From: Candidatus Latescibacterota bacterium
GTDB taxonomy: Bacteria; Latescibacterota; UBA2968; UBA8231
Length of the DNA stretch: 64,000 nt
Reading direction: 5' to 3'
NCBI GenBank assembly: GCA_963422735.1
Contig: OY730476.1
Location: 2,688,001-2,752,000, forward strand
A program made the translations under genes and the position numbers. Each line of letters opens with the position of its first letter. The stretch's first letter is position 1. The notes beneath the pieces are model-generated. The model had not been told where the DNA came from. It did no database searches and saw only the letters and a program-made list of their open reading frames with translations. This document shows positions 28,685 through 37,910 of this stretch, one piece after another.

Positions 28685-28905
28685 TAGCGTCTGGCCGCCC
28701 GTCCGTCGTCATGTCCTCGGAGGCGTGACATGCAGACTCAGCGCGTCCGGCGGATCGATGGGACCAGTCCGGGTTCTCGAAGCCTGCTGGTCTTGCTTCT
28801 GCAAGGGGAGCCGCGGCGGACTCAAATGAGGCCGGGAGGGAGGCCCATCCGCTTGGACATGAGCCGCAAGCGGTCTTAAGGTGCGTACCGTCAGTATATA
28901 ATTTT
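28682..28905 (+). mobile_element. Candidate IS110-family left-end remnant (non-coding, no transposase)
   Basis: Starts ATGTAGCGTCTGGC and carries TCTCGAAGCCT, GCCGC, GCCGG and GGTCTTAAGGTGCGTACC blocks in the order I recall for IS110 left ends; begins where the upstream gene breaks off. Recognition from memory, unverified. Confidence 0.5.
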
Positions 28906-28922
28906 GATTTTATCAATGTCCT

Positions 28923-31025
28923 CTAATCGCCTACCCATCCCCCAATTCCCAAGCGCCAAGTGCGGCCCGGAGCAGGTTCAAAGAAGCGGCCTCCAAAGGC
29001 GTTGGGAACCACCGAGCCATTGTACTGGGCACCAAACAGGTTCTCGACCGAGACGAAGGCCCTTGTTGCGCGATAGTCGATCCCCAAGCGCAGATCCACC
29101 CGCAGGTACGCGCGGTTGAAAAACTCGTCGAGCGAAGCGTCGCTTTGGGGCGGAGGGCCGTTGGAATCGTTGGCCCAGTAGCGACCGACCCGCTCTAATT
29201 CGACCTCGGTAAACAAACCCTGTGGACTCTCGTAGCTCAGCGCGGCGAAGAGCCGGTGGCGCGGCACACCCGGCACCTCGTTGCCAGCAAGCTGAGCAAG
29301 TTCACCGGCGTCTCCGTCCTCGACCTCGTAGTCCTCGAAAACATAGTCGCCAAAGGTGTACGCGAGGGCGGCCCGTAGCCCGGGGAGCGGCACCGCTGTG
29401 AGCGAGAGTTCCATCCCGCGGTTGCGCGCTTGGCCGGCGTTGCGGAAGTAAATCTCCTCGCTGTCTGGACTCTCGACCTGAAAGGGAATGAGCGCATCGG
29501 CGATCTGGAGTTGGTACAGGGCCACTGCCAGATTCAAGCGCGCCCGGCGCACATGGCGGCGCAATCCCGTCTCCAGCCCGAGGACGCGCTCAGGGCCTAG
29601 AGCCGGGTTGAAGCCGCCCTCGCCGCCGGGCCGGTTGCCCAACTCAGAGGTGGTGGGGGTCTGGAAGGCCGTGGCAACATGGGCGTACCAGCGGAAGAAG
29701 GGGTCGAGGCGGTACACCACGCCCGCCATCGGACTGAACTGGCCCATGTCGCGTGCGTGGTCGGCCACGACAAAGCGATAGCGATCGTAGCGACCGCCGA
29801 CGGTCGCCGTCAGCGCGGCCCCCAAGTCTTGCTCCAAGGAGACAAAAGGGCCGAAGCTCCGCACCTGTTCCTCTTGATCTACTTGGCTATCGCCGTATTG
29901 CACGAGCGAGAAGACGCGCTCGTCGGCCACGCGGTCGCCTTCGGGCAGGCCCTCGTTGGCGAACTCGCGGCGGTCGTCGCGCTGGAAGTCCACATCGAGG
30001 CCGGTCACAAGGCGAGTACCGGCCCAAGAAAGTTGGTGCTCGGTGCGCAGGCCGCCAGCGCGGCGGTCGAGCTCGACAATGCGGCCTGGGATGGGGTTTT
30101 TGAGCGCACGGCCAACGCCGTACAGCACGAGGCTCGACGTGCGGTGGTGCGGCGCGTGTGGCGGACGATATTCGAGACGAATGCCGGCTTGGCCTTGGCG
30201 AACCTGTTTGGCTGCCCCCTGCCCCACCACGAATCCGCGCACACTGCGCGGGCGGGTGCGGGCGGCGGGCGCGTCGAGCGAACTCGGATTGAACAAATAA
30301 GGGGCATCGTATAAATGCAGCAGGAGCGTCAACTCAGTATGGGGGGTGAGGGCGTGGCCAACGTGCGCGTTGAGGCCGCGGGCGCGGGCATCGGCGTGGT
30401 CGCGGTAGCCTTCGCTGCGCAGGTCGTACAAGCTGGCGAACACGTGGGTGTTAGCGGCTTGGCCTGAAAGGCTCGTCTGTGCGCGGAACAGGCCATTGCT
30501 GCCGGCGATCAAGCGCGGCTCCACGCGCCAAGTAGCCTCTGCCGGAGCTTGGGTGTGGGCCGCGAGTACGCCGCCGCCCGCATTGCCGTACAGCGAAGAG
30601 CTGGGGCCTCGCAGGATCTCGATGCGGCCCGTTGACCCCAAGTCGAGGTTGTTGAGCTGGCTCTGCCCGTCGGGCATGGTCAGGGGGATGCCGTCGAGCA
30701 AGACCTTGACCCCGCGGACGCCAAAAGCTGCGCGCGCTCCTAGGCCGCGCACGCTGAGCCGATCGCCTTGGGAAAAATTGTGGCGGTTGGCGACAAACAG
30801 CCCGGGCACCGGCCGCAGCGACTCGGCGAGTGAGAGCCCGGGCCGCGCACGCCCAACATCCGCGACCACGGCCGTGGCGAGCGGCAGGTCAAATCCCTCG
30901 CGGGGGGCACGCGTCGCCGTGACTTCGGTGGGGGGCAGTTGGTAGCGGGGTGTAGGATCGTCGGCGCGGGCAGCTATGGCGATCATGACTGGCGCTAGGC
31001 ACTGGATTAACTTGTTTTTTTTCAT
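28923..31025 (-). CDS. TonB-dependent receptor (YncD/PqqU-like)
   Basis: EVTATR TonB-box region; GARAAFGVRGVKVLLDGIPLTMPDGQ...RIEILRGPSSSLYGNAGGGVL plug; FQTPTTSEL; C-terminal VENLF...FEPAPGR. Confidence 0.9.
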   Translation of the reverse strand: MKKNKLIQCLAPVMIAIAARADDPTPRYQLPPTEVTATRAPREGFDLPLATAVVADVGRARPGLSLAESLRPVPGLFVANRHNFSQGDRLSVRGLGARAAFGVRGVKVLLDGIPLTMPDGQSQLNNLDLGSTGRIEILRGPSSSLYGNAGGGVLAAHTQAPAEATWRVEPRLIAGSNGLFRAQTSLSGQAANTHVFASLYDLRSEGYRDHADARARGLNAHVGHALTPHTELTLLLHLYDAPYLFNPSSLDAPAARTRPRSVRGFVVGQGAAKQVRQGQAGIRLEYRPPHAPHHRTSSLVLYGVGRALKNPIPGRIVELDRRAGGLRTEHQLSWAGTRLVTGLDVDFQRDDRREFANEGLPEGDRVADERVFSLVQYGDSQVDQEEQVRSFGPFVSLEQDLGAALTATVGGRYDRYRFVVADHARDMGQFSPMAGVVYRLDPFFRWYAHVATAFQTPTTSELGNRPGGEGGFNPALGPERVLGLETGLRRHVRRARLNLAVALYQLQIADALIPFQVESPDSEEIYFRNAGQARNRGMELSLTAVPLPGLRAALAYTFGDYVFEDYEVEDGDAGELAQLAGNEVPGVPRHRLFAALSYESPQGLFTEVELERVGRYWANDSNGPPPQSDASLDEFFNRAYLRVDLRLGIDYRATRAFVSVENLFGAQYNGSVVPNAFGGRFFEPAPGRTWRLGIGGWVGD

Positions 31026-31086
31026 AGCATTATCAAAGAACACCACGAAGAAATACAAACGCAAACTAAAGAGTTGGGGCTAAGCC

Positions 31087-31533
31087 ATGAGCATTGGGAT
31101 CGCACTGGTGCTGTTGCTGGGCGGATGCTTTGCCTCGGAGGACGGGCCGAGCGGCGAGGTGGATGTGCTGCACAGCGAAGTGGCGTTTGTGGAGGACGAG
31201 GGACTAGAGGGCAGCGTATTGATCGACAGCTTGACTTGGTGGCCGTTTTTGCCGCAGCGAGGATTCGGGGAAACAGTAGAATTCGAGGGGGTGTTTGCGG
31301 CCGTGTTTCGCAATGTCGGGGAAACAACCGTGTGGGTGCGCTACGACTTGCGATTTTTCGACCAAGAGGAATTTCTAATCGACGCGTTTATACCGCTTGG
31401 GCAACCGGTAGTTCTCAGTGCCGGGGAAGAGCAACGCGTGGAGGGAGATTTTTTAATTCGCACCGACGACCCGCGCGATTTTGATCGGCTCTCCCTGATG
31501 AGGCTCGTAGCGCGCATCAGGCGACCCGAGTAG
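31087..31533 (+). CDS. Hypothetical lipoprotein
   Basis: Lipobox-like LLLGGC; beta-rich mature part; divergent from the TonB-dependent receptor. Confidence 0.7.
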   Translation: MSIGIALVLLLGGCFASEDGPSGEVDVLHSEVAFVEDEGLEGSVLIDSLTWWPFLPQRGFGETVEFEGVFAAVFRNVGETTVWVRYDLRFFDQEEFLIDAFIPLGQPVVLSAGEEQRVEGDFLIRTDDPRDFDRLSLMRLVARIRRPE

Positions 31534-31664
31534 GGGCAATCCTCGTGGTTGCCTTCTTGTGGTTACCCTTTGTTTAAAAGCCATATCATATATGCCACCG
31601 ACCCGCGTAGGGACGGGTCCCTACGCGGGTCTAGACAGCGGGCGACCACAAGGGTCGCCCCTTC
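31530..31664. repeat. GTAG-type REP / REPIN-like palindrome cluster
   Basis: GTAGGGGCAATCCTCGTGGTTGCC (31530-31553), perfect 15 bp inverted repeat GACCCGCGTAGGGAC-GG-GTCCCTACGCGGGTC (31600-31631), inverted REP GGGCGACCACAAGGGTCGCCCCTTC (31640-31664). Confidence 0.75.
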
Positions 31665-31702
31665 TAGCCAAGGAGCCTGTCTTGGGATATATAAGATTTC
31701 CC

Positions 31703-32500
31703 TCAAAACGCCACGAACCCCCCGCACACGGGAATGCACTGACCAGTGACGTAATCCGAAAGGTCGGACGCCAAAAATTCCACCACCCGAGCGCAGTCTT
31801 CGGGCGTCCCCAAGCGGCGGAGGGGAATCTCCGGCTCTAGGCGATGGCGCGATTCCTCGCTGTTGCGGCCTTGGGCCACGGCGCGGGAAGACAAAATTAG
31901 ACCCGGGGCGATGCAGTTGACGTGGATGCCACAAGGGCCTAGCTCGGCGGCGAGCACCCGCGTGTAGTGGACGATGCCGGCCTTGGCCACCTTGTAGGGC
32001 ATACCGCCGCCGTCGCGCCCGCTCCACAAGCCCGCTTGCGAGGCCACGTTGATGATTTTGCCGGACTGGACCTCCTTCATCGCCGTGCTGACCGCTTGGC
32101 AGCAGTGAATGGTGGCGGTGAGGTTGATGTCCATTATGTAGCGGTAGTGGGCCTCCCCAGCCAAGGAGGCGGCTTGCTCTTCGTGCGAGCGCAAGTTGCC
32201 GCCGGCGTTGTTGACGAGTATGTCGATGCGGCCAAAGGCGTCGAGAGCCTTGGCGACCAAAGCGTCCACCGCTTGGCGATCGGCGACATCCACGGCAATG
32301 CCCACGGCGCGGCGACCGAGATTGACGACTTCGGCTTCCACGGTCTCGGCCGTGAGTTCTTCGCCGTATTCGCGGGCGGCCTGCAGATCTATGTCGGCGA
32401 TGACAATGTCCGCGCCCAAGCGGGCGAGATGGAGGACGTAAGCGCGGCCCAAGCCGCGCGCACCACCTGTGATGAGAGCTACCTTGCCTTCGAGCGACAT
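31703..32500 (-). CDS. SDR-family NAD(P)-dependent oxidoreductase
   Basis: TGGARGLG, NNAG, YxxxK (YKVAK), NCIAPG. Confidence 0.95.
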   Translation of the reverse strand: MSLEGKVALITGGARGLGRAYVLHLARLGADIVIADIDLQAAREYGEELTAETVEAEVVNLGRRAVGIAVDVADRQAVDALVAKALDAFGRIDILVNNAGGNLRSHEEQAASLAGEAHYRYIMDINLTATIHCCQAVSTAMKEVQSGKIINVASQAGLWSGRDGGGMPYKVAKAGIVHYTRVLAAELGPCGIHVNCIAPGLILSSRAVAQGRNSEESRHRLEPEIPLRRLGTPEDCARVVEFLASDLSDYVTGQCIPVCGGFVAF

Positions 32501-32654
32501 CGAAAATCTCCTTTTAGACCAATAATTAGGACATGGCGTCAGTCGTCGGCAACCAACAAGGGGCCAGAGGAATTGAGGAAAACTTGCATGGAAAGAGGGG
32601 CGTTTGACAGATTAGGTACTGACGAATAAACACAACCTACCAGAAAGAGATCTA

Positions 32655-34037
32655 ATGGCAGAGCAAATCGGTGCGATTATTGAACAGGGGCCGGAGGACT
32701 GGCAGATCGTGCAGCAGGACGGGCGTGGAGAGGGGAGGATTGAGTTGGGGGGCAGGTGGAAGTTCGAGACCCCCGGACAAGTGGAGGTACGCTTGGTGTG
32801 GGAGGATACGGGGGTGGCTGTTGCGGCCGGTTTGGACTGGCAGGCTGTGCAGACAGAGGAAGATGGCACTTGGAAAGCTGTTTTGGAACACATCCCCGCG
32901 GGAGGGCTTTACCGGTTGGAGACGCGGTTGCGGACGGCGGATAATCTGGCCGGGGAGTGGTCGCCGCGAGGGGATATGCGGCACTTTTTGGGGGTAGGCG
33001 ATTTGTGGGTGATTGCCGGGCAGAGCAATTCGGCGGGATACGGGCGCGGGCCTTACGAGGATCCAGTGGAGTTGGGGGTGCATCTGTTCAGAAATAGCGA
33101 GCACTGGGCACTGGCGACGCATCCGATGAATGAATCGACGGATACCCAACACGCGGTGAACCAAGAGGCCGCCAATCCGGGGCACTCGCCCTACCTGCAA
33201 TTTGGGCGTACGCTCAAGAAGACGCTCGCGCACCCGGTGGGTTTGGTGCAGACGGCGTTGGGAGGCTCTCCGCTCAGTCGGTGGAATCCCGGTGAACTTA
33301 GGGCGGCGGACCTGTTTGACAATATGGTGCAGTGCGTGAGCAAGGTAGGGGGAAAGGTCCGGGGGATTGTGTGGTACCAAGGGGAAAGCGATGCGGGTAC
33401 GGACGCGGATGCGACCAGTTATACACAGCGGTTCCAGCAAGCGGTCGCCGCTTGGCGGGAGGCCCTTGCAGACGCGGAGTTGCCGGTGCTCACCGTGCAG
33501 CTAAATCGCGTGTACCAACCCGCCGACCCGGATGCCGACCGGCGCTGGAGCCAGGTGCGCGAGGCGCAGCGGCAGGCAGCGGGGCAAACGCCGGGCGTAG
33601 GCGTGGTGCCGGCACTCGACTTGCCGCTTGCGGATCTGATCCACACCAGTCCCGCCGGCAACATGCTCTTGGGCGAGCGATTGGCGCAGGCAGCTTTGGG
33701 GCTTGTCTATGGCCAAGCGGTAGCTTGGAAGGCACCGGATTTGGCAGCGGCCCGGCAGCGGCAGGACCGCGTTGAGCTGGAATTTGCTGCCGTCGAGAGC
33801 CGGATGGACACCATCGACACAGGGGCCAACAGCTTCCGGGTTGAGGATGAGGCCGGCGAGGTGCCGGTTGTAGAGGTGGTCTATCCACAGGACCACCGCG
33901 TCGAACTAGTCTTGGAGCGGCCCTTGCAAGGGCCGGCTAGAGTCCACGGTGGCTACGGCAAGGCCCCGGCGACCGTGCCAGCGGATATGGAGCGATTTTT
34001 GCCCATGTTGGGCTTTTGGGGCGTGGAGATTATCTGA
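32655..34037 (+). CDS. Sialate O-acetylesterase (SASA) family carbohydrate esterase
   Basis: VGDLWVIAGQSN, WYQGESD, DLIH motifs. Confidence 0.9.
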   Translation: MAEQIGAIIEQGPEDWQIVQQDGRGEGRIELGGRWKFETPGQVEVRLVWEDTGVAVAAGLDWQAVQTEEDGTWKAVLEHIPAGGLYRLETRLRTADNLAGEWSPRGDMRHFLGVGDLWVIAGQSNSAGYGRGPYEDPVELGVHLFRNSEHWALATHPMNESTDTQHAVNQEAANPGHSPYLQFGRTLKKTLAHPVGLVQTALGGSPLSRWNPGELRAADLFDNMVQCVSKVGGKVRGIVWYQGESDAGTDADATSYTQRFQQAVAAWREALADAELPVLTVQLNRVYQPADPDADRRWSQVREAQRQAAGQTPGVGVVPALDLPLADLIHTSPAGNMLLGERLAQAALGLVYGQAVAWKAPDLAAARQRQDRVELEFAAVESRMDTIDTGANSFRVEDEAGEVPVVEVVYPQDHRVELVLERPLQGPARVHGGYGKAPATVPADMERFLPMLGFWGVEII

Positions 34038-34759
34038 TGAGTATGGTACTCGCAAGCACCTTCTCGGTTGCTCTGCTATTGGCAAATGGCAGCGCTGAAG
34101 TACAGGCGAGTCTGGTAGGTGCTTGGGAGGGCTGCCGGAGCGAGTTTGGCACCTTCGTAGAGCATTTCTATATCGAGTTCAATGGCGATGGGCGCTTTCG
34201 CCGCGTCGCACTTCGGGACGATCCAGAGCGGCCGGTCGCGGAAGACCAAGGCCGGTACGAGGCCAGTGGCGACGTTTTGACCCTGCATTACACCGCAGAT
34301 GTCGGTGGGGTGCTTGCCGAGCAAAGCGAGGCCGTGCCCTTCCAGCTAGCGGCCGACATCCTGCATTGGGGAGCCGAACCCGCAATCGCCTTGGCGCGAG
34401 CGCAGGAACTAGGCAACGAGCTGTTGGGGAGTTGGGGCATCGTCAATTTTGCCGATGGGACGCTGGTCGGGGACGTGGTCTTCCGGGCGGATGGGACCTA
34501 TGAGCTGGAGTTGGGCGTCGTCGGGCAGAGCGGGGTCTGGGCACAGGCGGGATCTGGCCTAGTCCACTGGCCGACGAAGGCCGACGCTGCCGGGATCGTC
34601 GGGTTGCCGGCGGTGTGGACTAATGTGCGCGTCGAGGGCGACCAACTCTTCTACGACATCGCCTGCAGTTTCACCGTTGAGGCCGTGCGGTTGGCCACAG
34701 CCGTGGCAGAGGTGTCTTGGGGGGCGATCAAGCACCGTCTCGCAGGCCGGCCAAAATAG
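34037..34759 (+). CDS. Secreted protein with two lipocalin-like beta repeats and C-terminal TAV-SWGxIK tail
   Basis: TGATG coupling to the esterase; signal peptide; LVGAW...FNGDGRF and LLGSW...FRADGTY repeats; ends ATAVAEVSWGAIKHRLAGRPK. Confidence 0.75.
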   Translation: MSMVLASTFSVALLLANGSAEVQASLVGAWEGCRSEFGTFVEHFYIEFNGDGRFRRVALRDDPERPVAEDQGRYEASGDVLTLHYTADVGGVLAEQSEAVPFQLAADILHWGAEPAIALARAQELGNELLGSWGIVNFADGTLVGDVVFRADGTYELELGVVGQSGVWAQAGSGLVHWPTKADAAGIVGLPAVWTNVRVEGDQLFYDIACSFTVEAVRLATAVAEVSWGAIKHRLAGRPK

Positions 34760-35681
34760 CCGTGGCGAGCTCCATGGTAGCTATGGCCTCGTCCAAGTCC
34801 GCAGCCGGTGGGCCTATGGGGCGGCCGGCCTTGATGCAGTCAAAGAAGTGGGCAGCTTGTGTTAGGGTGCTATCTGGGCCGGCCTTTTGCAAGTGCTTGC
34901 GCTCTCCGTCGCAGACCAACTCGCAGGTGGAAATTCCCTCTAAATAGGCCGAGATGTCGCGGCCGTGGATCTCGTAGCGCTCTAAGCGGGCGTCGGTGGT
35001 GTAGTTGGCGCAGATCTGGGCGACGCAGTCGTTCTCAAAGACGACCAACGCGGCGTGTACATCCTTGTAGGCGGATGCGCGCCGGACAAAGCTTTCGACT
35101 TCGGCGACCGGGGATCCACCCAAGTGGCGCACCAGATCGATCGCGTGGATCGGGCTTTCGAGCAGCATGTTGTCCATGACGATTTCGGGGAAGCGACCGG
35201 CGGCGATAAAACGGCTCATGCTCTTGTGGAACTGGCCGACTAGCTGGTAGATCGGGCCGCGGGCCGCGATCTCCTTGCACACTTGTAGGACTAGCGGATC
35301 GAAGCGGCGATTCCAGCCGACCATGCCACGGGCACCGCTGGCCTCGGCGGCCTCTTTGAGAGCGCGGGTCTGGTCCAAGCTCATACCCGGAGGTTTTTCC
35401 AGCAGGGTGTCGATGCCTCGCTCCAAACACGGCAGGGCCGCCTCGGCGTTGAGATGGGCCGGGGTCGCGACGATCGCGGCGGTCAATTCCTCGGCATTGA
35501 GCATGGCCTCTGCGTCCGCGTAGCGACGCTCTATGCCCCACTCGTCGCCCACCTGTTCGCGGTTTGCCGCAACGGGATCGCAGATGGCGACCAACTCGAC
35601 CTCCGCCAGCGAGTGCAGGGCGCGTACGTGGCCTCGACCACGGCCACCGCAGCCAATTAATCCGACAGGTATATTTGCCAA
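34728..35681 (-). CDS. Gfo/Idh/MocA-family oxidoreductase
   Basis: VGLIGCGGRG, VATP, LLEKP, GWNRRF motifs. Confidence 0.9.
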   Translation of the reverse strand: MANIPVGLIGCGGRGRGHVRALHSLAEVELVAICDPVAANREQVGDEWGIERRYADAEAMLNAEELTAAIVATPAHLNAEAALPCLERGIDTLLEKPPGMSLDQTRALKEAAEASGARGMVGWNRRFDPLVLQVCKEIAARGPIYQLVGQFHKSMSRFIAAGRFPEIVMDNMLLESPIHAIDLVRHLGGSPVAEVESFVRRASAYKDVHAALVVFENDCVAQICANYTTDARLERYEIHGRDISAYLEGISTCELVCDGERKHLQKAGPDSTLTQAAHFFDCIKAGRPIGPPAADLDEAIATMELATAILAGLRDGA

Positions 35682-35913
35682 CGGAATTTCCTAGTTTACG
35701 GTTGGGGATTCAGGTTTCATTTAGGCGGTTTCACTCGGCTGGCTCGTAGCCCTCGTCCGGGCTAGCGCGGTCCCCCGCGTCGATGTTCCGGGGCCCGTCG
35801 CCGGGTACCCGCCGCCAAGGGGGCGGATGGGACGGACCACGGACCACGGATTAAACAGTCCTTATTCTAGGAAAGCCGTTCGCCATAAACGTAGCCTCTT
35901 TCCCACCAAAGCA

Positions 35914-35950
35914 AAACGGGCTACGCCTTTTGACGTAACCCGTTGTTTTT
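35914..35950 (-). terminator. Hairpin/terminator downstream of tRNA-Arg
   Basis: AACGGGCTACG...CGTAACCCGTT inverted repeat flanked by A and T runs. Confidence 0.5.
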
Positions 35951-35952
35951 AA

Positions 35953-36029
35953 TGGCGCACCCACAGGGACTCGAACCCCGAACCTTCTGATCCGTAGTCA
36001 GGTGCTCTATCCAATTGAGCTATGGGTGC
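35953..36029 (-). tRNA. tRNA-Arg (ACG)
   Basis: GCACCCATAGCTCAATTGGATAGAGC...CT-ACG-GA...GGTTCGAGTCC...GGGTGCGCCA; 77 nt cloverleaf with CCA. Confidence 0.97.
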
Positions 36030-36160
36030 ACAGCAAAATGCAGTGTTATAAAATAGACGCAGCCCCCACGCTCGTCAAGGCACGAGCCCCTCGCGTAGCG
36101 CATCAGTTAATATCCCTTTGGGCCAAGCTTCAAGTAGGGAAAATGATTCAGACTGATGCA

Positions 36161-37330
36161 CTACCGCCCTTCGGACAGAGCTTCCAAGTACTTGTAGCCT
36201 GACCCCGTATTGAAGAGCACCACGCGCTCGTCCGAGGCCACTAGTCCCTGCTCTTTGAGCTTGATTAGGGCCGCGAGCGTTGCCCCGCCTTCGGGCGCGG
36301 GGAAAATGCCCGCGTACGCCGCCATGCTGTGCGAATGCGCGAGCAATTCTTCGTCGCTGACGGCAAGAGCTGTGCCACCGCTTTCCCGCAACACCTGCAA
36401 CATTAGAAAGTCGCCGACCGCACTAGGGACGCGTAGGCCCGAGGCCACGGTGTGGGCGTCTTCCCACGCTTGAGCAGATTCGTGGCCGCGGGCAAAAGCC
36501 CGGACAATCGGCGCACAGCCTTCGGCCTGCACCGAGATCATCCGCGGCCTGTGTCGGCCAATCCAGCCGAGTTGCTCCAGCTCGGCGAATGCCTTCCACA
36601 TCCCGATCAGCCCCGTGCCCCCGCCGGTGGGATAAATCACCACGTCGGGCAGGGACCAATCCATCTGCTCGGCCAGCTCATAGCCCAAAGTCTTCTTGCC
36701 CTCGATCCGGTAAGGCTCTTTCAGGGTCGATACCTCAAACCACCCCTCGGCTTCTTTACGCTCGCCGACGATGCGGCCGCAATCGCTGATTAGCCCGTCG
36801 ACCAGCTCGACTTCGGCACCGCAGGACCGACACTCGGCGACAAAGGCCAGCGGCGTATCGCGGGGCATAAAGACAATCGCCGGCAGGCCACAGGCGGCCG
36901 CGTAGGCCGCCAGCGCACCACCGGCATTGCCCGCCGTAGGGATAGCTAGTTTTTTCGCGCCTCGTGCGCGGGCGCAACTGACGGCGGCCGAGAGGCCGCG
37001 TGCCTTGAAGGAGCCAGTGGGATTGGGCGATTCGTCCTTGATGTAGAGCTGAGCAAAGCCGGTCCAGCGGCCCAAGCGCTCCGGGTGCTGCAACGGGGTG
37101 AAGCCCTCCCCGAGGGAGACGATTTCCGCGGGTGTGCGGATGGGCATGACTTCCCGGTAGCGCCACATCGTCGGCGGGCGGGTGCTAATCGCGGCGCGGG
37201 CCAGCGCGTGGCGAGCTCGGTCGAGGTCGTAGCAGGCGAGGAGGGGTGCCCCCGCCTCCGAGAGGTTGTGCAGCGCGTCGGCGTCGTAGCGCGCACCCGT
37301 GCGGGCGCACTCTAGATGGGTCATGAACAC
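36161..37330 (-). CDS. thrC: Threonine synthase
   Basis: SLGEGFTPL, KDESPNPTGSFKARG, TAGNAG, EPYRIEGKKT, YPTGGGTG, FNTGSGYKY. Confidence 0.9.
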   Translation of the reverse strand: MFMTHLECARTGARYDADALHNLSEAGAPLLACYDLDRARHALARAAISTRPPTMWRYREVMPIRTPAEIVSLGEGFTPLQHPERLGRWTGFAQLYIKDESPNPTGSFKARGLSAAVSCARARGAKKLAIPTAGNAGGALAAYAAACGLPAIVFMPRDTPLAFVAECRSCGAEVELVDGLISDCGRIVGERKEAEGWFEVSTLKEPYRIEGKKTLGYELAEQMDWSLPDVVIYPTGGGTGLIGMWKAFAELEQLGWIGRHRPRMISVQAEGCAPIVRAFARGHESAQAWEDAHTVASGLRVPSAVGDFLMLQVLRESGGTALAVSDEELLAHSHSMAAYAGIFPAPEGGATLAALIKLKEQGLVASDERVVLFNTGSGYKYLEALSEGR

Positions 37331-37908
37331 GGGGCGGCGTACAGTCCTTTCGCAAGTATGTGAGCCTCGACCGCTTCGGGCACCATGTAGCGGATGGACA
37401 GGCCAGCGGCCCGACGCGTCCGAATCTCGGTCGATGATAGCTCAATGAGCGGGGTATCTATGAAGCGCAGGTGCGCCAAAAGCTTCGGGTCGCCGCCCGT
37501 CACCTCGCCTCGGCGCGCCCCCGCCACCACCGTACACTGGGCAAAAATGCCTTTGAGGTCGTACCAAGCGTCGAGTTGGGCGGTGTTGTCCGCACCGATG
37601 ATGAAGAACAGCGCGACATGGGGATGAAGCTGGTGCAGCAGGCGCAGAGTTTCTACGGTATAGGACTTGCCCGGGCGGTCTAGCTCTAAGCGCGAGGCCG
37701 CAAAGTCGGCGCAGCCAGCCACGGCCAGTTCGACCATGGCCCAGCGCTCCTCGGCCGGTGCATACGCGCCCTGTTTGAGCGGCGGATCGGCCGCCGGAAT
37801 GAAGAGTACTTCGTCGAGGGGAATTTTCTCTAAGGCGAAGCGGGCCAAAAGCAGGTGGCCGTGATGGATGGGGTCAAAGGTGCCACCGATGACGCCGATG
37901 CGCCGCAT
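37321..37908 (-). CDS. nadD: Nicotinate-nucleotide adenylyltransferase
   Basis: GGTFDPIHHGH, SYTVETL, IIGAD, LSSTEIR; start taken at MRRIG. Confidence 0.93.
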   Translation of the reverse strand: MRRIGVIGGTFDPIHHGHLLLARFALEKIPLDEVLFIPAADPPLKQGAYAPAEERWAMVELAVAGCADFAASRLELDRPGKSYTVETLRLLHQLHPHVALFFIIGADNTAQLDAWYDLKGIFAQCTVVAGARRGEVTGGDPKLLAHLRFIDTPLIELSSTEIRTRRAAGLSIRYMVPEAVEAHILAKGLYAAPCS

Positions 37909-37910
37909 CT

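Noticed and set aside
28758-28765. ATGGGACC inside the IS110-like element as a target guide matching the flank ACGGGACC (28672-28679)
   Set aside because: These bases appear to be paired in a stem with CTGGTC and a 7/8 match is too short to be significant; left for covariance analysis.
35700-35855. 6S RNA or c-di-AMP riboswitch
   Set aside because: No long end-to-end hairpin with central bubble and no ydaO consensus; kept only as an unexplained structured segment.
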